This document shows positions 9,716 through 19,130 of a stretch of 64,000 nt of DNA, piece after piece. Source of the DNA: an uncultured Gemmatimonadota bacterium (GTDB lineage Bacteria > GCA-2686955); NCBI GenBank assembly GCA_964490075.1, contig CAZBBK010000001.1, positions 186,001-250,000 on the forward strand, read 5' to 3'. The notes beneath the pieces were generated by a model. That model searched no databases and was not told the DNA's origin. It saw only the letters and a list, made by a program, of their open reading frames with translations. Position numbers and translations under genes: made by a program. Numbering within the stretch: position 1 is the first letter of the stretch; the number at the start of each line of letters is the position of its first letter.

Positions 9716-9909
9716 GATCAGCGGGCGCCGAGCCCGATGATCACAAGCCCCATGGTCGCGACTCGCCAGTTCAACCCGCCCTCGGTGAACCTCTTCGGGC
9801 CGATCGGGCGCGACCATCACCACCTCCCCGCTTGTCGTTCACCTGCTGGCGGGGAAGAGCTTTGTCGATCACTTATGCCATATAACTGATCGCCAATGGG
9901 GTTTGCCTG

Positions 9910-11034
9910 TCATGGGTGCGGCTCAAACCCACCTCTCCCTTCAGCGATGCTCAACAGGTCCGGGAAGGCCAGAATGGCAGGTCTCCGCCCCCTCGCGGGC
10001 CGGATCTCCGTCAAGATCCCCCCCTCTCGAAGAACGCCCAGGAAGCGTCGTGCGGTGGCCTCCGGGATCCCCGCAAATTGAATGAACCACGAACTGGAGA
10101 AGACCGGTCGCTCGAAGATCCAGTCGAGCGCCCTGATTGCATATTGGGAACGGGTCATCTCCGGCGCCCGGCTCTTCAACTCTTGATAGAGCACCAGGAT
10201 ACGCCGAGCCTTGGCCAGGTTGTCTTCGGATTGGACTCGGACCGCCTCCAGGAAAAATGCGCACCAACGGGTCCAGTCACCGTCACGGGAAACTGCCAGA
10301 AGGTGTTCATAGTAGGCATCCCGCCTGGCCTCGAAGTAGCCACTGATGTAGAAGACCGGTCTGCCGATCAAGCCTCGCTGCCAAAGAAAGAGCGGCACGA
10401 ACATGCGCCCGAGGCGGCCATTGCCGTCCAGGAAGGGATGGAGCGCCTCGAATTCGGCATGTAGCAGGCCGAGCTGAACCAGTCGATCCGGCGCGTCGCT
10501 GTGGATGAAACGCTCCCAGATACCCATCGCATCCTGGAGCTTCGCGGCGTCGATGGGAACAAAACGGGCATCTTCTTGGCTGCACCCAGGAGGCCCGATC
10601 CAGTTCGGAACCCGCCGATACTCACCGGGTGATTTCTCGGTGCCTCGCACACCGGAACACAGGACGCGGTGGGCCTCCCGAACGACGCGCTGGGAGAGGG
10701 GCAACTCCCCTAACAGGTCTTCGGCCCTGCGCGTCGCAGCCCGGTAGTTGAGAATCTCCTGAACGTCGTCCCGCCTTGCGGGTGTCGCTGCCTCGCCACC
10801 AGCCTCGACCTCGAAGACCTCCTCGATCGTGGCTTGGGTTCCCTCGATTCGCGAGGAAAGGACCGCCTCCTGGGTCCCCAGCGGGGCGAGGAGGACCCCG
10901 GGATTGGGAATGGCCTCGAGCATGCCGTCATAGCGTGCGAGTGCGGCGGTTGCCGGCCCCAGCTGAGGGATCAGCCCTTCCCACTCGAGGTCGTCCGGGG
11001 GGAAGCGCCCTTCGTGGTAGCGCACGGGTGTCAA
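9910..11034 (-). CDS. Fic/DOC family protein with C-terminal HTH
   Basis: Canonical HPFLDGNGRLGR, EAVLSSRIEGT, PGEYRRVPNWIG. TTG start at 11034 preceded by a GGGGGAGG RBS. Confidence 0.93.
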   Translation of the reverse strand: MTPVRYHEGRFPPDDLEWEGLIPQLGPATAALARYDGMLEAIPNPGVLLAPLGTQEAVLSSRIEGTQATIEEVFEVEAGGEAATPARRDDVQEILNYRAATRRAEDLLGELPLSQRVVREAHRVLCSGVRGTEKSPGEYRRVPNWIGPPGCSQEDARFVPIDAAKLQDAMGIWERFIHSDAPDRLVQLGLLHAEFEALHPFLDGNGRLGRMFVPLFLWQRGLIGRPVFYISGYFEARRDAYYEHLLAVSRDGDWTRWCAFFLEAVRVQSEDNLAKARRILVLYQELKSRAPEMTRSQYAIRALDWIFERPVFSSSWFIQFAGIPEATARRFLGVLREGGILTEIRPARGRRPAILAFPDLLSIAEGRGGFEPHP

Positions 11035-11237
11035 TGGACAGCCTCCCCCTCGAATATCAGCCGGTCGACGTCCTCGGCAGCCGGCACGGACACCCGCCAG
11101 TTCGACTCCTTGACCTTGCCGTGCTCGTCTTCGGCGGCGTCGATCTTGCGCAACTCCCTCTCCAGCGGCGCCTTCACCTGCGGCGGCAGGTCCCGCTCCA
11201 GGAATCCTGTCACTTCGGCGCTCTTGGCTTGCATCAC
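11031..11237 (-). pseudogene. Short ORF, possible remnant of a type III R-M Mod methyltransferase N-terminus
   Basis: MQAKSAEVTGFLERDLPPQVKA resembles, from memory, the N-terminal segment of Mod proteins; no MTase motifs; coupled to the Fic gene. Confidence 0.35.
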
Positions 11238-11815
11238 GGCCCGCCCCGCCCCCTCCCCCGCCCCGCCCGGCGCGCCGCGCGCAGCTCGTCGGGGTCCACC
11301 ACGCCGTTGGTGTCGGCATCGAGCTGGGTGAAGCGGCGCAGGGCTCGGGGGGCGTCCTCGCCGTCGAAGCCCTGGTCGAACTCCCGCCGGGTCAGGTGTC
11401 CGTCGCCGTCGGCGTCGTAGCGCCCCAGATGCAAGGCCGGACGCAGCCCGCCGCGCTGCAGGCGGCGCTCGGCGCGGGCTCCGGGGCGGCGCTGGGCAGC
11501 CCCGCGGCCTTCGCCCTCGCCGCTCTCCAGCTCCTCGGCGTTCAGGCTGCCATCGGCGTCGAAGTCCAGGATTCGAAACCGGACCGCGCTGAACTCGGGG
11601 CCGCCCTGGGTCCCGCGCGCGGCGAACTCCGCTTCGCTGATCCGGCCGTCCTGATCCTGGTCGAGCGTGGCCATGCGCTGCTCCAGGCGGCGCTGCCGAT
11701 CGGCACGGCCGTCGTCGGCGCAGGAGCTCGCCAGGATCCCCAGGGCGAGCGAGACCAGGGCGATTTTGGGCAGCCGCCGGCGGCCGCGGCGTCGTGAGCT
11801 CGGCGTTTCGCGCAT
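11234..11815 (-). CDS. EF-hand calcium-binding lipoprotein
   Basis: Lipoprotein-type signal ending ILASSC; four EF loops DQDQDGRISEAE, DFDADGSLNAEE, DADGDGHLTRRE, DADTNGVVDPDE. Confidence 0.85.
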   Translation of the reverse strand: MRETPSSRRRGRRRLPKIALVSLALGILASSCADDGRADRQRRLEQRMATLDQDQDGRISEAEFAARGTQGGPEFSAVRFRILDFDADGSLNAEELESGEGEGRGAAQRRPGARAERRLQRGGLRPALHLGRYDADGDGHLTRREFDQGFDGEDAPRALRRFTQLDADTNGVVDPDELRAARRAGRGRGRGGP

Positions 11816-11866
11816 GGGGGAGTTTGGCCTTGCGGGGGGGAAAGACGCAAGCTACGTTGCGGACTC

Positions 11867-13486
11867 ATGAGTCGTTTCGCCACCTTGACCCTGGGACTTC
11901 TGGCCGGGCTGGTGGCGCTGGAGATCGGGCTGCGCATCGTCGGCCTGGTCCTCGTGGAGCTGGAGCAGCGCCGCAACAGCGGGCTCGGCGGCGGCGAGGG
12001 GGAGCCGGTGACCGTCCTCTGTCTGGGCGAGTCGAGCACCGCCCTGGGGGGCGACGACGCCTACCCGCGCCAGCTCGAGGAGCTGCTCAACGAGCACGGG
12101 CCGCCCGGGCGGCGCTTTCGGGTGGTGAACGGCGGTCGTCCCGGGATCGACTCCTCGGTCATCATCCGCGACCTCGGCGAGAACCTGGAGCGCTGGCAGC
12201 CCGACATCGTCACCGTGATGATGGGGATCAACGACGGCGTGCTCAGCTTCGTCGACCTGAACCAGTTCCGGGACCGGCCGTGGCCGGGCCGGCTGCTTCC
12301 GCACCTGAAGATCTACCGCTTCGCGCGCTACCTGGCCCTGGCGCTGGGCGCCGAGGACCAACACAGACGCCAGGAGCGGCGCCTGGAGGAGCGCGAGGAG
12401 CACCTGCGCCGGGCGATCGCCGAGCGCGGCGATCCGCTCGACTCGATCGTTCTGGCGATGCTCTACCGCCGCCAGGCGCGCTCGGCCGACGCGGAGCAGG
12501 TGCTGCGCGGGCTGCTGGATCGTGCCCCGAGCGCCCGCGGATGCGTCGACCTGGCCCACCTACTGCACGACCTGGGGCGCTTCGAGGAAGAAGAGGCGCT
12601 CTATCGAGACGCCATCGCCCGCTGGCCCGACTACCACCCTGCCTACCGCTGGCTGATCCGGCTGCTCGGCCACCTCGAGCGCGACGCCGAGATCGAGGGC
12701 CTGCTGCGGGCGCTGGTGGCCGCGGCGCCGGACGCCGAGTCGTACATCGAACTGGCCAAGCACTACCGCGGGTTGGGCCGCGGCGCCGAGGCCGAGGCGA
12801 TGTATCGCGAAGCGATGAAGGTCGAGAAAAGCCCCTACGCCGCCTGCGACCTGGCCGCGATGCTGCGCGAGATGGGCCGCCTGGGAGAGGCGGAGAGACT
12901 GCTGCGCAAGGCCGAGCGCATCGAGCCGGGGAACGCCTGGACCGCGCTCGAGCTGGCCAGGGTTTGCGTCGCGAGCGAGCGCTTCGAAGAGGCGGAGCAG
13001 CTCCTGCTCTCCATCCTCGATGCTAGCGAGCCGCGCTACCGCCCGGCCCGGCACTCCTGGGACGTTCGCCCCCGGGATCGCGCCAGCGCGGCGCTCGAGC
13101 TGGCCGACCTCCAGCACCGGCGAGGCGACCCCCAAAGCGCCCGCGCCGTGCTCGAGCGGATCGCGCCCAATCCAATGACCCACCACAACTACCAGGAGCT
13201 GGTGTCGAAGGTCCTGACGAAGGTCGGGCGCCTAGTCGCCATTCAGTATCCGGTGCGCTCGGTCGCGCTGCTCGAGGCGATGATCCCGGAGCGCGCGGGA
13301 GTGGTGCTGGTCGACAACCAGCGGTGCTTCGAGGACGCGATCGCTCGCGACGGCTACAATGCGCTTTTCCTCGACCATTTCGCTTCGGACTTCGGCCACA
13401 CCAAGCGCCGGGGGCATGCGCTGATCGCACGCAACACGGCCCGCGCCATTCTCGGCGAGTTCTACGGTGTGGAAGCGCTTCCCTAG
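11867..13486 (+). CDS. SGNH/GDSL-like protein with inserted TPR repeats
   Basis: TM anchor (LEIGLR), block I VLCLGESST, VVNGGRPG, MMGIND, a TPR-like helical run, C-terminal DFGH. Confidence 0.82.
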   Translation: MSRFATLTLGLLAGLVALEIGLRIVGLVLVELEQRRNSGLGGGEGEPVTVLCLGESSTALGGDDAYPRQLEELLNEHGPPGRRFRVVNGGRPGIDSSVIIRDLGENLERWQPDIVTVMMGINDGVLSFVDLNQFRDRPWPGRLLPHLKIYRFARYLALALGAEDQHRRQERRLEEREEHLRRAIAERGDPLDSIVLAMLYRRQARSADAEQVLRGLLDRAPSARGCVDLAHLLHDLGRFEEEEALYRDAIARWPDYHPAYRWLIRLLGHLERDAEIEGLLRALVAAAPDAESYIELAKHYRGLGRGAEAEAMYREAMKVEKSPYAACDLAAMLREMGRLGEAERLLRKAERIEPGNAWTALELARVCVASERFEEAEQLLLSILDASEPRYRPARHSWDVRPRDRASAALELADLQHRRGDPQSARAVLERIAPNPMTHHNYQELVSKVLTKVGRLVAIQYPVRSVALLEAMIPERAGVVLVDNQRCFEDAIARDGYNALFLDHFASDFGHTKRRGHALIARNTARAILGEFYGVEALP

Positions 13487-13507
13487 GGCGCCCTCCGGCT
13501 TCATCCG

Positions 13508-14644
13508 ATGACCATCTACCTCGACAACGCAGCGACCACGCGACCCGATCCGGCGGTCGTCGATGAGCTCCTGGAGGTGTCGCGCCAGGCTTACGGCAAC
13601 GCATCGTCGGTGCACACCGCCGGTGTGCGCGCCGCCAAGGCGATCGAGCGTTCGCGCGCCCGAATCTCCGCGGCGCTCGGCTGCCGGCCGGACGAGCTGA
13701 TCTTCACCTCCGGCGGCACCGAGTCGAACAACCTGGCCCTCAAGGGAATCGCGGCTCGGGCGCCGGAACGAATCGACAGGCGCATCGTCACCACGGCGCT
13801 CGAGCACCCGAGCGTGTCCCGCCCCGCCCATTGGCTCGCCGAGCAGGGCTTCGAGCTGGAGCTGGTGCCGGTGGACGGCGAGGGCCTGGTCGATCCCGAG
13901 CGGGTGCGCCGGGCGCTGGGCGCCAAAGGCGCGTTGGTCTCGATCGCCCAGGGCAACGGCGAGGTGGGAACGATTCAGCCGATCGCCGAGGTCGGCGCGA
14001 TCTGTCGCGAGCACGGGGCTCTTCTGCACGTCGACGCATCGCAGAGCTTCACCAAGGTCGGCATCGACGTCGCGGCCCAGCGCATCGACTTGTTGACGAT
14101 CAGCTCCCATAAGATCCACGGCCCGATCGGCGTGGGGGCGCTCTTCGTGCGCCAGGGCGTCGAGCTCGAGCCGCTGCTGCACGGCGGCGACCACGAGCGC
14201 GGGCTGCGCTCGGGCAGCTCCAACACACCAGGAATCGCGGGCTTCGGCAAGGCGGTGGAGATCGCCGATCCGGCCGACGCGGCGCGCATGACAGCCCGGC
14301 GAAATCGCTTCATCGACGAGATCGGCGCGCGCATCGCCGAGGTGCGGTTGAACGGCCCGCGCGGCGAGCGCCGCCTGTGCAACAACATCAGCCTGTGCAT
14401 CGCCGGCGTCGAGGGACGCGCGCTGCAGGCCGCGCTGAGCCGGCGCGGAATCGCCATCTCCACAGGCTCGGCCTGCTCCTCGACGGTGCGTACCCCGAGC
14501 GCGGCGTTGACGGCGATGGGACTGGACGAGCGAGCGGCGCGCGGCACGGTGCGCGTCACGCTGAGCAAGTGGACAACCGACGCAGAGCTGGAGCAGGCGC
14601 TGAGCACTCTCGAAGAGGCGGTGGCGAAGGAGCGCGGAAGATGA
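13508..14644 (+). CDS. iscS: Cysteine desulfurase (IscS/NifS group I)
   Basis: YLDNAATT, FTSGGTESNN, LHVDASQ, SSHKIHGP (PLP Lys), STGSACSS (catalytic Cys). Confidence 0.93.
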   Translation: MTIYLDNAATTRPDPAVVDELLEVSRQAYGNASSVHTAGVRAAKAIERSRARISAALGCRPDELIFTSGGTESNNLALKGIAARAPERIDRRIVTTALEHPSVSRPAHWLAEQGFELELVPVDGEGLVDPERVRRALGAKGALVSIAQGNGEVGTIQPIAEVGAICREHGALLHVDASQSFTKVGIDVAAQRIDLLTISSHKIHGPIGVGALFVRQGVELEPLLHGGDHERGLRSGSSNTPGIAGFGKAVEIADPADAARMTARRNRFIDEIGARIAEVRLNGPRGERRLCNNISLCIAGVEGRALQAALSRRGIAISTGSACSSTVRTPSAALTAMGLDERAARGTVRVTLSKWTTDAELEQALSTLEEAVAKERGR

Positions 14645-14880
14645 ACGAGCTCGAGGCCCAAGAAGAGATCGACTTGACGGGGGTTCCCTGCCCGCAGAAC
14701 GCCGCCCGAGCGCTGCTGCGCCTGGAGACCATGGCATGCGGTGAGCTCCTGAGAATCGTCATCGACGACGGCGAGCCGATCGAGCAGGTGCCGAGTTCGG
14801 TGCTCGAAGAAGGCCACACCATTCGCAGCAAGGCGCAGCTAGAGGACGGGCGCTGGGTGCTCTTTATCGAGGCGGATTGA
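14641..14880 (+). CDS. TusA/SirA-family sulfur carrier
   Basis: 79 aa from ATG 14641 (ATGA overlap with iscS): IDLTGVPCPQN...GELLRIVIDDGEPIEQVP...GH. Confidence 0.88.
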   Translation: MNELEAQEEIDLTGVPCPQNAARALLRLETMACGELLRIVIDDGEPIEQVPSSVLEEGHTIRSKAQLEDGRWVLFIEAD

Positions 14881-16540
14881 TCTCGTAGAGCTCCGAAATC
14901 GTGTTGGCGACATGCCGCGCGAGCACGCCCGCGCCCTGCTCGGTGTAGTGAGAAAAGCTGTAGGGAAAGCGCGGCTCGAAGAAGTAGTCGTCGGGGGACG
15001 CCGCGAAGAGCTGCTTGTTGTCGATGAAGAGCACATCGTCCGCTGGTGGCGCGTAACGGTGCAGCAGCTCCAAGCTGAAGGAGGGATACTGCATCACGAT
15101 CAGTTGAATGCCCTCGCGGCGGGTCAGCTCGTAGAGCCGCCGGTAGCTCTCGGCCAGACTCGGGATCTGGCCCACGGCGTGCTCGAGCAACTCGCCCACC
15201 CGATCGGCGTCGCCGGCCAGTCGGAACAGCTTCGCCAGCTCGAAATACTCGGCCAGGCGCCCGGTGGTCTTGAGCAGCTCGCGGCGCACCCGCTCCTCTT
15301 TGTCGAGCTCCCCGGTTTGGCGGTAGACGGTGCTCAAGAGCCACATATTGACATGCTTGCGTGGCGTGGCCTGGATTGCGCGCGTGAGATGGAATTCGGC
15401 CCGGTTCCAACTGTTGGTGGCGATGAAGACTCGGCCCAGAGCGGCATGTTTCAACATCTTCAGGGACGGAAAGATCTCGTTGTAGCGAGTCGCCCAGACC
15501 GATGAATCGACCTTGCGCAAGAGCGTCAACGCGCCGCCACAGTCCCCCAGCTCGCGATTGACGTCGGCCAGCGCCAGCAGGAGATAGTTTTTCACCAGCT
15601 CCGACTCTCGGAAGGAGCGCGCTTCCCCCAGCGCCTCTTCGATGATCGCTTCGGCCTCCAGCAGGCGCCCGTTCTCGGCCAGGAGCTCGGCCAGCACCAC
15701 GGAGTACATTCCTTCGTCGGGATGCAGCAGGATGGCCGCCTCGAGAATCTGCTCCGCCTCCGGGCTCTCGCCGCAGGTGGCGAGCACGCGCGCCAGCACG
15801 TTGTAGCCGACATCGTGCTCGGCGATCATCTGCTGGAGCAGCGCTCGAGCGCGCTCCAGCCGCCCGGTGTCCCAGTAGTAGAGCGCCAGCCGCATCCCCG
15901 GCAGGACCGCCTCGGCCAGCTCGGGCGCGTCGATCAGCCGGGTCTCCCGCACCCAGGTCTTTAGCTGCTGGGTGATGCTCTTGTTGGCGCTCGCGGACAG
16001 CTCCTCCAGGGAGGCGACGTCGCCGGCGTTTTCGTTGTAACGCAGGAGCACCCCTTCGCGGAGCCAGCTCACCAGCTGCACGGTGCGCAGCGAGGCCAGC
16101 CAGGAGGGCAGCTCGGCGGTGGCGGGGGTGCCGTCCTTGGCGGTGTCCTTGATGCCCATCATGGCGATGACCACGTGGGGGCGGTAGTCGGGCAGCGTGC
16201 TCTCGAGCAGGTCGAGGGCGCTCCCGGTCTTGCCGGCCATCATCCCCAGGTTGAGCACCCGAAAGTCGATCGATGACTGGCTGGCATCGAGGATCCGCTG
16301 GAGCTGAGTGGGGTAGGAGGTGCGCGGCACGAGCATCCTGCCGGACTCGTCGCCGGCCACCGCGGTGGTCGACTCGCCGATGCAGGCGATGCGGATCTCG
16401 CGCTCACCGCCCTCGATCAGGGCACGGTTGCGGCGCGCCTGCAGGTGGGCGAAGCCTCCGTAGGCGAGGGCCAGGCCGATTTCCAGCAGACCCAGCGTGA
16501 GCGCGGCCCCGATGGTCACGGAGATCAGCTTGCGTCTCAT
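14864..16540 (-). CDS. SGNH/GDSL-like protein with inserted TPR repeats (paralog of 11867..13486)
   Basis: TM anchor, IACIGESTT, VLNLG, MMGIKD, TPR run, IVMQYP, C-terminal SHYTEQG. Confidence 0.78.
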   Translation of the reverse strand: MRRKLISVTIGAALTLGLLEIGLALAYGGFAHLQARRNRALIEGGEREIRIACIGESTTAVAGDESGRMLVPRTSYPTQLQRILDASQSSIDFRVLNLGMMAGKTGSALDLLESTLPDYRPHVVIAMMGIKDTAKDGTPATAELPSWLASLRTVQLVSWLREGVLLRYNENAGDVASLEELSASANKSITQQLKTWVRETRLIDAPELAEAVLPGMRLALYYWDTGRLERARALLQQMIAEHDVGYNVLARVLATCGESPEAEQILEAAILLHPDEGMYSVVLAELLAENGRLLEAEAIIEEALGEARSFRESELVKNYLLLALADVNRELGDCGGALTLLRKVDSSVWATRYNEIFPSLKMLKHAALGRVFIATNSWNRAEFHLTRAIQATPRKHVNMWLLSTVYRQTGELDKEERVRRELLKTTGRLAEYFELAKLFRLAGDADRVGELLEHAVGQIPSLAESYRRLYELTRREGIQLIVMQYPSFSLELLHRYAPPADDVLFIDNKQLFAASPDDYFFEPRFPYSFSHYTEQGAGVLARHVANTISELYEINPPR

Positions 16541-16694
16541 GGGGCCGGTTCACGGTGCATGGGTGGGGACGGGGGGGAGAACACAGGGGGCATGCGCCAA
16601 TTGTACTATCGGCGAAGTGCTGGTTCGGCGCGTGAAGCGATCGCCCGCGGTGCCGGAGCCGCCCTTGCGGCGCTCGAAACAATATCATTCCGCC

Positions 16695-19130
16695 ATGTTG
16701 CCCTTGCCGAGATCGCACACGATCATCGCCTGCCTGGTTCTCTGCGCCTCGTGCTCCGATTCGCCGCGGCGACGCGACCCGGTCGATGATCTCGAGCGCG
16801 GCCGGGAATCGGCGGCAAAGCTGATCCCCGCGGAGCTCGAGGTGACGCCCGAGACGGCGCCCCCGGGCGCGCGGCTGAACCTGCGGGCTCGGATTCCGCG
16901 GCCGCCGCCGGGGTGGACGGAGCTGGAGGCCGAAGTCCGCGTGGACGGCGCCGAGACCGGGGACTCGATCGCGCTGCGCGCCACCGGAGAGGCACTGGCG
17001 GGCACCCTTGGCGTCGTCGCGCCGCAAGATCCGGGGGACCACCGCTTCACCCTTCGCGGCCGCGCGGGCGCGCATCGCATCGTGGCACACGCCCTGGTCC
17101 AGGTCAGCGCCGCTCCGTCCTGCGCCGAAGGAGAGGTCCGCGAGGCGGGACGCTGCGTGCCCCGGATCGACGGGCATCACCTGCGTGTGAATCGCGCCAT
17201 CCATGTCAACCAGCGACGCTCGCCTCCGGGGGGCGGCGGAGCGGCGATGACCCATCCTCGCAACGCCACATCGGTCGACGGGGTGGTCGTCGCCTGCATG
17301 ACCGACGCGATCGGACTGATCCCGGTGGCCGAGATGCCCGCGATCGAAGGCCCGCCGGACGGGGCCTCCGAGAGATTGCGCGCCAACCTCGTAGAGGTCT
17401 TCATGAACGAGAGCGGGATCCGCGCCGCCGAGCGCCTGCTGGTGCTCCCGGATCGCGGCATCGTCCTTTCGGCGTCGCGCGGCGCCGACAACTCGGGCCG
17501 GGGCGGCCTCGCGACCTGGCGGCTGCCGCCCCTCGATGCAGCGACCCTCGAGCCGCCGGAGCACCTCTCGTCGGTGGTCGACCGGCGCGGCTTCGGCGCC
17601 ACGTTGCGGGCCGGAGAGCGGATCTACGCCCTTCACAACCCGAACGCGATCGCCCGGGTGCGGATCTCGGACCAGGGCCGGATCGAGGTGAGCGACGAGC
17701 TGACCCTGCCCGCCCTGCGCAACGCGACGGCCATCGCCCACGACGGCATCCACCTCCTGGTGGCGGGCGGGATCGAACCCGGGGCCGAGAGCGAAGGCGC
17801 CGGCACGATCGAAGTGCTCGACGCGCGCGGCACCGGTCCACCGCTCCCACTCGGCTCCGCGCCCACCACCGGAACCCCGCGCGGAATCGCGGTGCTCGAC
17901 GACGCCATGGTCGCCGTCGCCAACGGCGCGCTCGGGATCGACCTCATCGACCTGAGCGACCCGGCGGCGCCGCGCCTGGTCACGACGGTGCCGACGCCAG
18001 CCTCGGCCATGGGGCTCTCGTTCGAGGAGGGCTACCTGCTGGTGGCCGACTGGGACAATATCCGGCTCTACGACGCATCGCGGCGCGGGCAGCTGCGGCT
18101 TCTCGACGCCTTGGACGGATTCCATTCCGCCTTTCGGGCGGCAGGCGGCGGGCTCCACCGCAACGGTCTCACGGCCGCCAACTTCGTGCGCCTGGAGGGG
18201 GGGCGATTCCTGGCGGGGGAGCTCGACGTGCTGCTGGTCGGCGAGATCCGTCGCGGCGCGGGAGCGCCTCGACTGGTGATCCACGATCGCAACCACCTGC
18301 GGCGGCGCGGCGCCGGCGAGGATCAGCCCTTCACCATCCGGGTGTCGAACGGTGGCCGCCACCAGCTCGACCTGATGCAGCCGGGCGATCCGGATCCGGA
18401 GGCGGGCGGGCACTGGTGCCTCGCTCCGGGCCGATCGGCGAAGCTCGAGCTTCGCGCCTCGGGGGTAGCGCTCGAACGGCGCCGCGGCGACACGGCGGTC
18501 GTGATCCGCTCCAACGATCCCGAGCACCGGCGCACGCGCATCGGCCTGCTCCCCGCGAGCGACTATTCTGTGGGGGACCCGGCCCCGAGCTTCCGGCTGC
18601 CGATGGTCAACATCTGCCCCGACGGCAGCTGCCCGGAGCGCGTGGGCTGCTTCGATCTGCAAGAGGAGCTGGCGCGCGGACGGCCGATTCTGCTGGCCGC
18701 CTTCGCCTCCTGGTGACCGATCTGCGGTCTGGAGGTTCCAGACCTGATGAGCGCCGTGAGGCGCGAGTTCACGCCCGAAAAGGTGCGCGCGCTCGCGATC
18801 AACTGGCGCCAGGATCGACGCATCGTGCGCAAGTTCATCGCCGATACCGGCCTCGAGGTGCCGGTGCTGCTCGATCGCGAGCGCGGCGGCGACCCCTCCT
18901 GTTTCGCGCTGCCCTCCGGCTCGGCGGAGACGCTCACGGAGCATTTTCGCGATCGAGTGCGATCGGTGGGAACCGACGCCCCCTTCCCCTTGCAGATCAT
19001 CATCGACCCCGAGGGCCGACTGGCCTATCTGAGCCGCGTCCACTCTTCCGAGAGGGCGATCACGGTCCTCAGAGGACTGGTGGAACAGCAGCGCGAAGAA
19101 CCCGGACAGATCGCGGCGGAGACTCGATGA
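16695..19130 (+). CDS. Putative selenoprotein 1: lipoprotein with Ig-like domain, LVIVD beta-propeller, Ig-like domain and TlpA/redoxin domain (UxxC)
   Basis: Lipobox-like LCASC; LVIVD-type repeats. Track ORFs 16497..18716 and 18747..19130 are in frame across TGA 18714-18716, giving AFASW-U-PICGLEVPDL...LAINW...VPVLLD...PFPLQIIID; SECIS-like hairpin follows. Confidence 0.88.
18726..18744 (+). promoter_or_regulatory. Bacterial SECIS-like hairpin
   Basis: GGTCTGGA-GGT-TCCAGACC, a perfect 8-bp stem with a G-containing loop, 9 nt after the UGA; identical in the paralog. Confidence 0.82.

Noticed and set aside
9862..9886. Sigma70-like promoter TTGTCG...TATAAC
   Set aside because: The spacer is only 13 nt and no plus-strand gene follows.
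13508..14880. Fe-S cluster (isc/suf) or mnmA tRNA-thiolation operon
   Set aside because: No iscU/A, suf, Rrf2 regulator or mnmA genes adjacent.
18747..19130. Stand-alone 127-aa and 121-aa (28375..28740) redoxin-like genes
   Set aside because: They lack the active-site motif and are in frame with the upstream ORFs, so they are better read as Sec readthrough.
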